Shown one piece after another: positions 53,479-61,362 of a DNA stretch of 64,000 bases. Source of the stretch: an uncultured virus (IMG/VR IMGVR_UViG_3300021964_000044) (taxonomy: Duplodnaviria > Heunggongvirae > Uroviricota > Caudoviricetes); IMG/VR virus record IMGVR_UViG_3300021964_000044; one strand, given 5' to 3'. Under the pieces are notes generated by a model. It worked only from the letters and a program-made list of their open reading frames with translations, did not search any database and was not told the DNA's origin. The translations under genes and the position numbers were made by a program. The stretch's first letter is position 1. Every line of letters begins with the position of its first letter.

Positions 53479-53718
53479 CTAGGGGAAAACGAGATCAGCT
53501 ATGGCTTGAACAGTGGCGGCGCTTTCCTCAGCCTCGGCGATCTGATCCTCTAGGTCAGCGATGGCTGCCCGGAGCCTGTAGGTTTGCCAGCCGGTGGCCA
53601 GGTCCTCAGCCTCTTTCAGCCTGTCCAGCATGTCGCGGGCGTCTTCTAGGGTCTCGCCCTCCCACGTTTCGTAGGTTTGGTCAAATTCATCGCAGTCTGT
53701 CAGGGTGAAGCGTGCCAT
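53479..53718 (-). CDS. acidic early protein
   Basis: 79 aa, strongly Asp/Glu-rich. Confidence 0.65.
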   Translation of the reverse strand: MARFTLTDCDEFDQTYETWEGETLEDARDMLDRLKEAEDLATGWQTYRLRAAIADLEDQIAEAEESAATVQAIADLVFP

Positions 53719-53765
53719 GGTGCTAGGTGTGGTGGTGGTTTGCAGTGGTGGGAGCCCCGAAGGGC

Positions 53766-54605
53766 TCAGGCGATACAGAAGGCGCGGCGTTGTTCTTCAG
53801 TCTGGCCAGGGGTGCGCTTGATACGAAGGAGAACCACGTGGGTGCGCCCTGCAGTATCACCGGGTCGCCAGTCGGTAACGTCGCCGTCGAGTGTAGGGAA
53901 GGTTTGGCCGTCGATTGTCACCGTTTCAGGCAGGGCCGCGCTACGTGGCAGGGTGATGGCGGCGGCGTAGTTCAGCCCCAGCTCGGAGGCCTTAGCTAGC
54001 GTGTCGAATTTGGAGCCGTGCGACAGGGTGAGATGGTATCCCTGACGGGCTGCCGCTTTCCAGTCCCGGTCAATCCGTTTGGTGTAGTCGTATGGCTTGA
54101 GAGACGGAACCACAGCCCGTAGAAGGCTGAACAAAGACCACGTGCCCACGGGCAGGGTGAAGCCAAAGGCCTGGCCAACGTACCCAGCAAGATCGCTGTC
54201 TACTTCTACGGTTTCACTCTCCCATGCGAAGTCTGACGTGCCGTTAAGGCGGAGACCCAGGGTGGGGGAGTCCTCATGCTTACCGGCGAAGCGCAGGACC
54301 TCGAGCAAGAGAAGCCGCTTGAATGCGCGGGGGTGATCGTAGAAAGCCAACGACCGCAGCTTGCGGCGCTGGAGCTTGCCCTTGAGATAGGCAGGGTTAC
54401 CGGCCCGGTTCAGGCAGACCGCCTGGCAGGAGCCAGCGGCAACACAGGACCCCAGCCACATAGGGGTGAGATGTAGCACAGCCGTAGGGGCGATGCTTTC
54501 AGACTTCAGAACCTTAGGGTTGGTCAGCGTTAGAACGTTTGAACTGGTGAACCCGTACTGGGCCCGGAGCTCCCGGAGGTCGGCGGGAAGGGTGGCGCGT
54601 GGCAT
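53766..54605 (-). CDS. GP88-like protein with a Cx5Cx3C cluster
   Basis: NPKV.KS, C.AAGSC...CLN.AG, RLNGTSD, YDYTK, YHLT.S, DGD..D.R..D. Confidence 0.75.
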   Translation of the reverse strand: MPRATLPADLRELRAQYGFTSSNVLTLTNPKVLKSESIAPTAVLHLTPMWLGSCVAAGSCQAVCLNRAGNPAYLKGKLQRRKLRSLAFYDHPRAFKRLLLLEVLRFAGKHEDSPTLGLRLNGTSDFAWESETVEVDSDLAGYVGQAFGFTLPVGTWSLFSLLRAVVPSLKPYDYTKRIDRDWKAAARQGYHLTLSHGSKFDTLAKASELGLNYAAAITLPRSAALPETVTIDGQTFPTLDGDVTDWRPGDTAGRTHVVLLRIKRTPGQTEEQRRAFCIA

Positions 54606-54640
54606 GGTGAGAACGTGCTAGGTGTTCAGATGAGAGGGGA

Positions 54641-54829
54641 TCAGATCCGGCCCATGGCCAGATCATCCATGAATTCTTCCAACTTATCAGCCGGGAGAAA
54701 GGAGGCCATCCGGTCCAAGAGCCCCTGAGGGTCGTACCCGTGCTCAAAGCATAGGCCGCAGAAGTCCTCCCTGATGTCAGCGGATGGTAGCCCCTGGTCA
54801 GCATAGGGCTGGTCTGGTGTGAATGCCAT
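54641..54829 (-). CDS. first gene of the early transcript, acidic hypothetical protein
   Basis: ATG 54829 chosen (MAFTPDQ...), downstream of the predicted promoter. Confidence 0.6.
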   Translation of the reverse strand: MAFTPDQPYADQGLPSADIREDFCGLCFEHGYDPQGLLDRMASFLPADKLEEFMDDLAMGRI

Positions 54830-54895
54830 TGATTGAACCGGCTTGCTAGGTGCCGGGTGAAACGACGAAAGCGGCGCAGTGCTGCCGCTGAATCC

Positions 54896-54925
54896 ATCAT
54901 GCACACAACATCGGGCAAACGTCAA
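54896..54925 (-). promoter_or_regulatory. sigma70-like early promoter
   Basis: TTGACG-N18-CATGAT on the minus strand. Confidence 0.55.
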
Positions 54926-55185
54926 GCGATTCGCCCATATAGATAGATATACCGTGCTTTGTAACTGATTGTTAAGCGCTTAATGAACGGATTGTTACAA
55001 CGTTACGGATTGTTACATGAAGCTTCTTTTTTTCCTCTAACGTAAACTTTTGTGACAGGGGCGCCAGATGTCTCTCCAAATTATTACCCCAATTTGACCC
55101 CAATATAGGGCTTTTAGGGGTCGGCGGCAAGAGGGATGTTCACAGGAATTAAACTTGGTTATATCGTGATAAAGATGGAATAGTT

Positions 55186-56553
55186 ATGCCTGTATCTCCG
55201 GCAGACTTTGAGTTTTACTCCCGCGTTACTGGGCAACCAATTCCGCGAGATCCGGCTGCTCGTATGCAGATGGCGCCACAGGTGTATGCGATGCGACGTG
55301 GCCCGCTAAGTGGAATTAAAGATCGCCTCGGCGGTGCTGTTCGTGGCGCAATCCTGGGTGGAGCTGCTGTTGGTGCTGCTTCTCTTTTATTGCGTGATTT
55401 GAATGACGGTCAGAGTGGCGAAGTCAATACACCTGGCGAAAACTACGGTCAAAAGAGCGTTCCTACGCAAACTAACGTTGCTAAAGATATTGCCGAGTCT
55501 GTAAAAACAGAAGAAATTGCTGCTGAGGGTGTTTCTGTTACCCAGGCGAACGAATTAGCTTCTCGTCAGTCAGTTACTCCTGATTATGACGATCCTTCAG
55601 GCATGGAGTTGGTCGGTGGCGCTGCTTCCCCAGCCGAAGTTGCTGCTTTTCGCGATTCTCTTTCTCACCAGACAGCAGCTGAGCCTGTTGTAATGGCTGA
55701 ACCTGCGCCTTCGACTGTTCGTGAGAAAACAAGTGATTTGATCGGTCGTGTTTTTGGCACAGCAGAGCAGGCACCTAGTCAATTAGCTCAATACGGTGCA
55801 TTGAATCCTCAAGAGCAAGAGATTCGTGATTTGATGACTGCTTATGAGTCAGCAGAAGGACAAGCACTTGCTGGACAGGACCAAAGCATCAGCCCTTTCC
55901 AAGTCGGTGGCGCAATGCCCTCTTTGATGGAGCAAAACAAGCCTGTGCGTGAACTTCAAAAGTCCATGCCTGGTGCATCTAAAGAAGAAATGATTAGTGC
56001 GATGAATGCGCCTGCTGGTCCTGGTGGTGTGCGCATGCAGCTGCCTAGCACAAGTGGTAATCCTGCTTCCGTGGAATTTTTTCCAGAGGCTCGTGGTGAA
56101 GGCGGGATCAGTGCTGCAAAAGTACAATTCCGCCCTGGTGGAGAGACTTACACATATGAAGCTTCTCCAGAAGGTGTTGCTCGCTTACAGGGTGTTCAAT
56201 CAGGTGCCGAGAAAGTTAAGTCCGGTAAGAGTTTTCTGCACGATGCTATCAGTAAGGGCCAGCTGGTGAATCCAGTTGATGCATTGCTGAAATCTGAATC
56301 TGCCCCTGAGTCTGCCCCTGAGTCTGCTCCTCAGTCTGCCCCTGTCCAAACAGCTGCTCCTGAAAAGGTAACTCTTGGAGATGTGGGTAAGCAGTTTACT
56401 CGTGCTGTTGGTTCTACTGTCCAGGGCCTTCTTGGCAAAGCGTCGGCTCGTCGTAAAGAGCAAGAGGTTGATGCCCAGATTCGTCAAGCTCACGGTAATG
56501 TCACCGACCCAGAGCAGATTAGCCAGCTCCGTGATTATTACATGAATAAGTGA
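55186..56553 (+). CDS. putative internal virion protein
   Basis: 455 aa, low complexity, one Gly/Ala hydrophobic stretch, ESAP repeats. Confidence 0.65.
   Translation: MPVSPADFEFYSRVTGQPIPRDPAARMQMAPQVYAMRRGPLSGIKDRLGGAVRGAILGGAAVGAASLLLRDLNDGQSGEVNTPGENYGQKSVPTQTNVAKDIAESVKTEEIAAEGVSVTQANELASRQSVTPDYDDPSGMELVGGAASPAEVAAFRDSLSHQTAAEPVVMAEPAPSTVREKTSDLIGRVFGTAEQAPSQLAQYGALNPQEQEIRDLMTAYESAEGQALAGQDQSISPFQVGGAMPSLMEQNKPVRELQKSMPGASKEEMISAMNAPAGPGGVRMQLPSTSGNPASVEFFPEARGEGGISAAKVQFRPGGETYTYEASPEGVARLQGVQSGAEKVKSGKSFLHDAISKGQLVNPVDALLKSESAPESAPESAPQSAPVQTAAPEKVTLGDVGKQFTRAVGSTVQGLLGKASARRKEQEVDAQIRQAHGNVTDPEQISQLRDYYMNK
56296..56343 (+). repeat. 12-nt coding tandem repeat x4 ([EQ]SAP)
   Basis: GAGTCTGCCCCT-like units. 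Confidence 0.85.
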
Positions 56554-56585
56554 GGAGTAATATATTCATAGCAAACTAAACAGTC

Positions 56586-56981
56586 ATGACTTTTCTGGAA
56601 CCAATCATCGCCGCGATTCTCGGATCAGCTGCTACAGCCCTGGCGGTGTATTTGAAAGGTAACCTTACTGCAAGAGCTGTGTTGAAGTACGGTCCTTTGG
56701 TTCAAAAAGCGTATGACATTATCGACCCGGTTCTGGATAAAAACCTGCACAACTGGGACGGGTCGAAAGTAGATAAAGCGTTTGAACTTGCTGTCGAATC
56801 TGTTTCCGATGGCTCACTTACGCCAAATGAAATTAAGAAGCTGGCTATCCACATGGCTGCATCTTGGTTGCCTCAGGTTGCTGCCGACAAGGTCCGCAAA
56901 CTTGAGATTGACGGCACACCTCTTGAGCAACGTATGCTCGCTGAAGAAATCACCGTTAAGGTGAATACCCAATCCGCTTGA
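56586..56981 (+). CDS. hypothetical protein with N-terminal TM segment
   Basis: IIAAILGSAATALAVYL. Confidence 0.65.
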   Translation: MTFLEPIIAAILGSAATALAVYLKGNLTARAVLKYGPLVQKAYDIIDPVLDKNLHNWDGSKVDKAFELAVESVSDGSLTPNEIKKLAIHMAASWLPQVAADKVRKLEIDGTPLEQRMLAEEITVKVNTQSA

Positions 56982-56985
56982 AGAT

Positions 56986-57435
56986 ATGCCCTCCGCAAAT
57001 TTTAGAAAGAATTTAAGGGACGAAAAGTTCGCAGAAGGGGTCAGCCCGTATTCCGGCACCCTTGGCCCCAACCCGACTGCAGACCGCTCTAAAGGTTTTG
57101 CTAAAGAACTGAATAGGACCAACGTTCATGCTGACACTTTTGATAGCGATGGACGTACATTTTGGCAGGAAGCTCCTTTCGCGCAACAGCGGCTTGATAT
57201 GGCTTCGATGAATCCAAATCCTAATTTTGCCGATCCTTCGGATAACGGGTTTGCGTTTCAATTTTTACAAAGTTATCGTCAAGGTGTGCAGCGTGGGTTG
57301 ATTGAACCTGAGCGTGAGGTTCGTCCGGATAACTTAGCTAGAATGACTACAGAGTATGCAAACCAGGCTTCAATGCAGAGTGATCCAAACACTGCTGGAG
57401 TTTTCCCTGGACAAAGTGGTACGAGGATCTCTTAA
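56986..57435 (+). CDS. putative virion protein
   Basis: 149-aa ORF in late operon. Confidence 0.6.
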   Translation: MPSANFRKNLRDEKFAEGVSPYSGTLGPNPTADRSKGFAKELNRTNVHADTFDSDGRTFWQEAPFAQQRLDMASMNPNPNFADPSDNGFAFQFLQSYRQGVQRGLIEPEREVRPDNLARMTTEYANQASMQSDPNTAGVFPGQSGTRIS

Positions 57436-58124
57436 TGAACACAGCAGTACGTTCAGCCGGAGCTGAATTAGCAAAGTATTTTTTACAAAATCCTCAAGGT
57501 CGTCAAGATCTTAAGAAAGGTGCCAGTTTTGCTGTTGAAGGCATGAAGAAAACTGGTCAAGCTCTCAGCGGATTAGGTCAAGCAGCTGGACGTGTTGCTG
57601 AAGAGGCTGTTCTTACTGGCGCACCCGCTGCACGTGAGTTTGCTGGTAAGTTTGCAGCTAATCGTGGCTTGCTTGGTGATGTCGCCCGAGCAGCTTCCAA
57701 AGTAACTGATGACCAGATCATTGGTGCTGCGATTGGCGCTGGAAAGATTGCAGAGCCTGTTTCTAAGGGTGTGGCTGTTCTGGGCACAAGTGCTTTAGTT
57801 GGTGGCGCACTTTCTAAGCCAGATTCTTACTACTCACTTCCGATGCAGGAGATGGCTGCACGTGAAGCTGCTGCATATGGTTTAGTTGATGCAAAGCTTG
57901 CGGCGGATACTGAACGTCAATTAGGAAACTCTCGTCTGGCCCAAGAGAAGTTTGAGCAATCTCTCTATCTGCAGAATCAGCGTCAACAACATGAGATGAT
58001 GATGGCGTCCGCACGTCAAGAGGCGCGTACCCCACGGAATCAGCCTATGTACGGTTCGGGTTTATTTGATCCGATGGCCCTCGCACAGATGTCTTTTGGT
58101 GGCGACGTTCAACAATACCGCTAA
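57435..58124 (+). CDS. putative internal virion protein
   Basis: Ala/Gly-rich with Gln-rich helical C-terminus. Confidence 0.65.
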   Translation: MNTAVRSAGAELAKYFLQNPQGRQDLKKGASFAVEGMKKTGQALSGLGQAAGRVAEEAVLTGAPAAREFAGKFAANRGLLGDVARAASKVTDDQIIGAAIGAGKIAEPVSKGVAVLGTSALVGGALSKPDSYYSLPMQEMAAREAAAYGLVDAKLAADTERQLGNSRLAQEKFEQSLYLQNQRQQHEMMMASARQEARTPRNQPMYGSGLFDPMALAQMSFGGDVQQYR

Positions 58125-58164
58125 TCCATAGCACGTATAATTAATATCAAGATAGTTAACTAAC

Positions 58165-58743
58165 ATGGGCGCTTCTAAATCTACTAATAAATTTGCTGGT
58201 CTGGGCAATACAAACTATGGCCAACTTTCTGGACCCTCGCCTTCGTTCGGAAGTGCCCCCAGTTTAAACGTTGCGGAGAAAGTTTCCTCTCCAATGAACA
58301 ATCCTTTTTCAGGAAAAGCAACTTCTGGCAATGTGGGTTTTCTGCAGGGTGCTAAGGCAAATATTGATTACGGTCAGATGGAAAATAAAAAGCCATCTTG
58401 GCAGGAGGGTGCAACATATCTCGGTAACCGTTTGCAGGATTTAGGCGGGGTCGGCGGTCAACTTGGCGCTGCTCAGCGTAGGGCTGGTGAGATTAACCAA
58501 GGGTACGGTAATTTCGGCGGGCGTTCTGAGCAAGTGGGTGACGGCATGTATATGTACACCCCTGATCGTATGGGACCAATGGTAATCGGTGGTGGGGCAG
58601 CTCCTCAAGAACGGAGCACTGGTCAACGTATTGCAGGTGCTGCTGGCGGTGCATTGTCAGGCGCTGCTGCAGGATCTACGTTTGGTCCCGTCGGGACCGC
58701 TGTTGGTGGCGCCATCGGCGGACTTGGTGGTCTCTTTGGTTGA
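58165..58743 (+). CDS. glycine-zipper putative ejection protein
   Basis: C-terminal GAAGGALSGAAAGSTFGPVGTAVGGAIGGLGGLFG. Confidence 0.65.
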   Translation: MGASKSTNKFAGLGNTNYGQLSGPSPSFGSAPSLNVAEKVSSPMNNPFSGKATSGNVGFLQGAKANIDYGQMENKKPSWQEGATYLGNRLQDLGGVGGQLGAAQRRAGEINQGYGNFGGRSEQVGDGMYMYTPDRMGPMVIGGGAAPQERSTGQRIAGAAGGALSGAAAGSTFGPVGTAVGGAIGGLGGLFG

Positions 58744-58789
58744 GGAGTTTAGTTCATTTAAAATAATTACCATAAGAAGATAAAAAATT

Positions 58790-59563
58790 ATGGCTGTCGG
58801 TCAGTTAGCAGTAGCCTTGCCAAGGGTTGGAAGAATGGCTATGCAGGCGCTTCCGTATGTTATTGGCGGTAGTGCAGCATATAGGCCTTTAATGGAAGGT
58901 CGCCCATTAGAAGCAGCTATTCAGGGCGGATTAGGTTTTATTGGTGGTAAAGGTGTTCAAGGACCTCTTACGGGTTTAACTCAGCGGGCGATGTCACAAG
59001 GTCCTCGCCTTGCAGGGCTTGCAGGACAACCGCAACTTGCTGGAGCTGTTACTAGAGGTCTTGGACTTGCAGTTCCTGCAGCCGCAATTGCATTAACCCC
59101 TAAAATTGCAGGTGCTTTAGTACCTGGTGCATCAGGTGCTGTACAACAAGGTCTAGGTGGTGCTGCACAACTTGGTGCAGGCGCTCTTGGTTACCAGGCT
59201 CCAGGTGCTCCTCAATACGGCGGCGCTCCGTATAACGCCACTGACATGTACGGCAATATCACTCCATCAGGCTTACCTACTGAAGTACTCGGTGCTCCTG
59301 GAATGGGTCGTCGTTTGGAGCAGCTTAAATCCGCTGAAACTGCGCGTGATGCGATGCGTTTGCTTAATCCCGAGATTTATGCGGCAGGTGAAGCTCGTGA
59401 AAAACAGAATTTCGCACGTCAAATGGCCGCAGCTGGTATCCGCCAGAACATCGCAACCCGCGCTGCAATGCTTCAAAATGCACAGGCAGCTGGTTTAAAT
59501 ATGGGTCTGACTGCAGCTCAACAAGCAGGTAATGCTTTGACGTCCCAATACCAATATCAGTGA
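58790..59563 (+). CDS. putative internal virion / pilot protein
   Basis: Gly/Ala-rich hydrophobic N-half, Gln/Ala helical C-half. Confidence 0.65.
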   Translation: MAVGQLAVALPRVGRMAMQALPYVIGGSAAYRPLMEGRPLEAAIQGGLGFIGGKGVQGPLTGLTQRAMSQGPRLAGLAGQPQLAGAVTRGLGLAVPAAAIALTPKIAGALVPGASGAVQQGLGGAAQLGAGALGYQAPGAPQYGGAPYNATDMYGNITPSGLPTEVLGAPGMGRRLEQLKSAETARDAMRLLNPEIYAAGEAREKQNFARQMAAAGIRQNIATRAAMLQNAQAAGLNMGLTAAQQAGNALTSQYQYQ

Positions 59564-59564
59564 T

Positions 59565-60164
59565 ATGGCAAATAATCCATATAACGTCCCCTTCTCTGCT
59601 GGTTTCTTAGATACCGGTTTTGGAGGTGGGCGTATCACCAAGAGTAACCCAAGTTTTGTGAAGGCTCTCCTTGACACTGATTTAGGGGCTTTTGAACCTA
59701 AGTCTTCGGATAGCGAGAAGTCTTACGAAACACCTGACACGCCTGATTACAAATCCGATCCTATTGGCGATTACATAGAGCGTCTTCCTGACATTTATGG
59801 AAAGATCGCTCCTATTCAAGCTGAGCTTCAACGTCAAGCAAGTGAATTAGCTCTTCAGCAAGGTATTCGCCAAACTGCAGCTCTCTATCCATATTTAAGT
59901 GCAGCTGGAGCTGAATCGACTGAGCGTGCTCTTGACGCTAGTAAGCGATTCTTGGCGCGTAAGATGCAAGAGCAACGCGGAATTGAAGCTTTCCGTCAAA
60001 CGTTGCCGACTACTCAGCAAGACATCATGTCTGCCAAGCAACGGCAACAATCAGCTGCTTCTACTGATTTTTACAACGAGGCTGCTGCCATGGCGTTGGC
60101 TTCAAATGCAGCACAAAATTTTGCTGAGACAGGTTTAGGCAAGTATCGTTACATTGGTTCTTGA
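59565..60164 (+). CDS. putative internal virion protein
   Basis: Gln/Ala-rich helical protein. Confidence 0.6.
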   Translation: MANNPYNVPFSAGFLDTGFGGGRITKSNPSFVKALLDTDLGAFEPKSSDSEKSYETPDTPDYKSDPIGDYIERLPDIYGKIAPIQAELQRQASELALQQGIRQTAALYPYLSAAGAESTERALDASKRFLARKMQEQRGIEAFRQTLPTTQQDIMSAKQRQQSAASTDFYNEAAAMALASNAAQNFAETGLGKYRYIGS

Positions 60165-60202
60165 TAAAGCCGAATTAAAATACTGAAATCAGGAGAAACT
60201 TT

Positions 60203-60856
60203 ATGGGCGGCGGTCAAAAGAAGCAGAAAAAGACAAAAATTAAATACGTAAAAGCGCCTCCGCCGCCGAAGGTACAAAAGACTCCTACTCAGAGTCTGCG
60301 GACTCAGGTTGCTTTGGCAGAGACAGCTGGCATCCAGTCGCGTCTTAATATGACCACTCAGGCGAATCTGGACCGTACTAATAAAGAATTCTTCACGGGT
60401 CAGAACATTCGCCAGCTTCAGGCTGCGGGTGCTCAGGATCGTTTGACCATCGGAGCACAGTCTGATGCTGCTGTCCGGCAAACTCGTGTCGGCGGGCAGG
60501 AAGAGAGGGCAACGATTGGTGCTCGTGGGCTCCAAGAGCGTTTAACTATCGGTGAGTCTGGACGTCAGCAGCGTCTAGGTCTTGAAACCGCTGGTCAGCA
60601 GGAGCGACTTAATATTGGTACTCGTGGGGTTGAAGAGCGGCTGACTCAGGCCCAAGGGGGGCAGATCGAAACTGGTTTGATCCAGACCCGTGGTCAAGAA
60701 CAACGTGCAGGCATTCGCACGACCGGCGAAGAAGAACGCGCCACTGTTTCTCGTACAGCGCAAGAACAACGTGCAACCCAGTTGCAATCAGAGATGTTCC
60801 GGCGCTATAAAGAGAACAGAGATTACGAGCAGGCTCAGAGCCAGTACAGGGTATGA
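60203..60856 (+). CDS. hendecad-repeat coiled-coil putative ejection protein
   Basis: About ten 11-aa repeats of type QERLTIGxxGx. Confidence 0.7.
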   Translation: MGGGQKKQKKTKIKYVKAPPPPKVQKTPTQSLRTQVALAETAGIQSRLNMTTQANLDRTNKEFFTGQNIRQLQAAGAQDRLTIGAQSDAAVRQTRVGGQEERATIGARGLQERLTIGESGRQQRLGLETAGQQERLNIGTRGVEERLTQAQGGQIETGLIQTRGQEQRAGIRTTGEEERATVSRTAQEQRATQLQSEMFRRYKENRDYEQAQSQYRV

Positions 60857-61338
60857 CGGATTGGATTTGCGAACTGACCGACAAAGAACGTGAATCCTTT
60901 CTAACCTTCGCAAAACAATCCTCAAGCCCGATTCAGATCTACCTGTATTCCCGTTTCATGGGATATACGGGTAGCATCGTCGATTGCGATGAGTGGGTCA
61001 AAAGCAAGTTCAAGAAAAGAAATTTCGTAGCTTTGCTTGAGATGGAGATCGACTCCATGCAACAAGATATTGCGAAACTGCGAGATGCCATTGATATGGG
61101 CATTGTCAAGCAAGACATGGGTGCTTCTCGCATCGCGATGATGCAAAAAGAACTTCGAGGTTCGATTAAACAATTAAATGATGAAAAAGTTCTTCTTGAC
61201 AAGCAAGGCTTGATTCTTGCTGGTGCCGATCGCGCTATTCGAGAGATGCTTTTGATTTTCCGCGATGACCCGATTGAAGGCCCACTGCAAGAAGCGTCGA
61301 TGGGCGTCTGGACAAAGATTTTCCAAGAAGAATCTTAG
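60853..61338 (+). CDS. possible terminase small subunit
   Basis: 161-aa helical protein directly upstream of the large terminase; positional inference only. Confidence 0.4.
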   Translation: MTDWICELTDKERESFLTFAKQSSSPIQIYLYSRFMGYTGSIVDCDEWVKSKFKKRNFVALLEMEIDSMQQDIAKLRDAIDMGIVKQDMGASRIAMMQKELRGSIKQLNDEKVLLDKQGLILAGADRAIREMLLIFRDDPIEGPLQEASMGVWTKIFQEES

Positions 61339-61362
61339 TGATTGTTACGCTATGCTTTGAGC

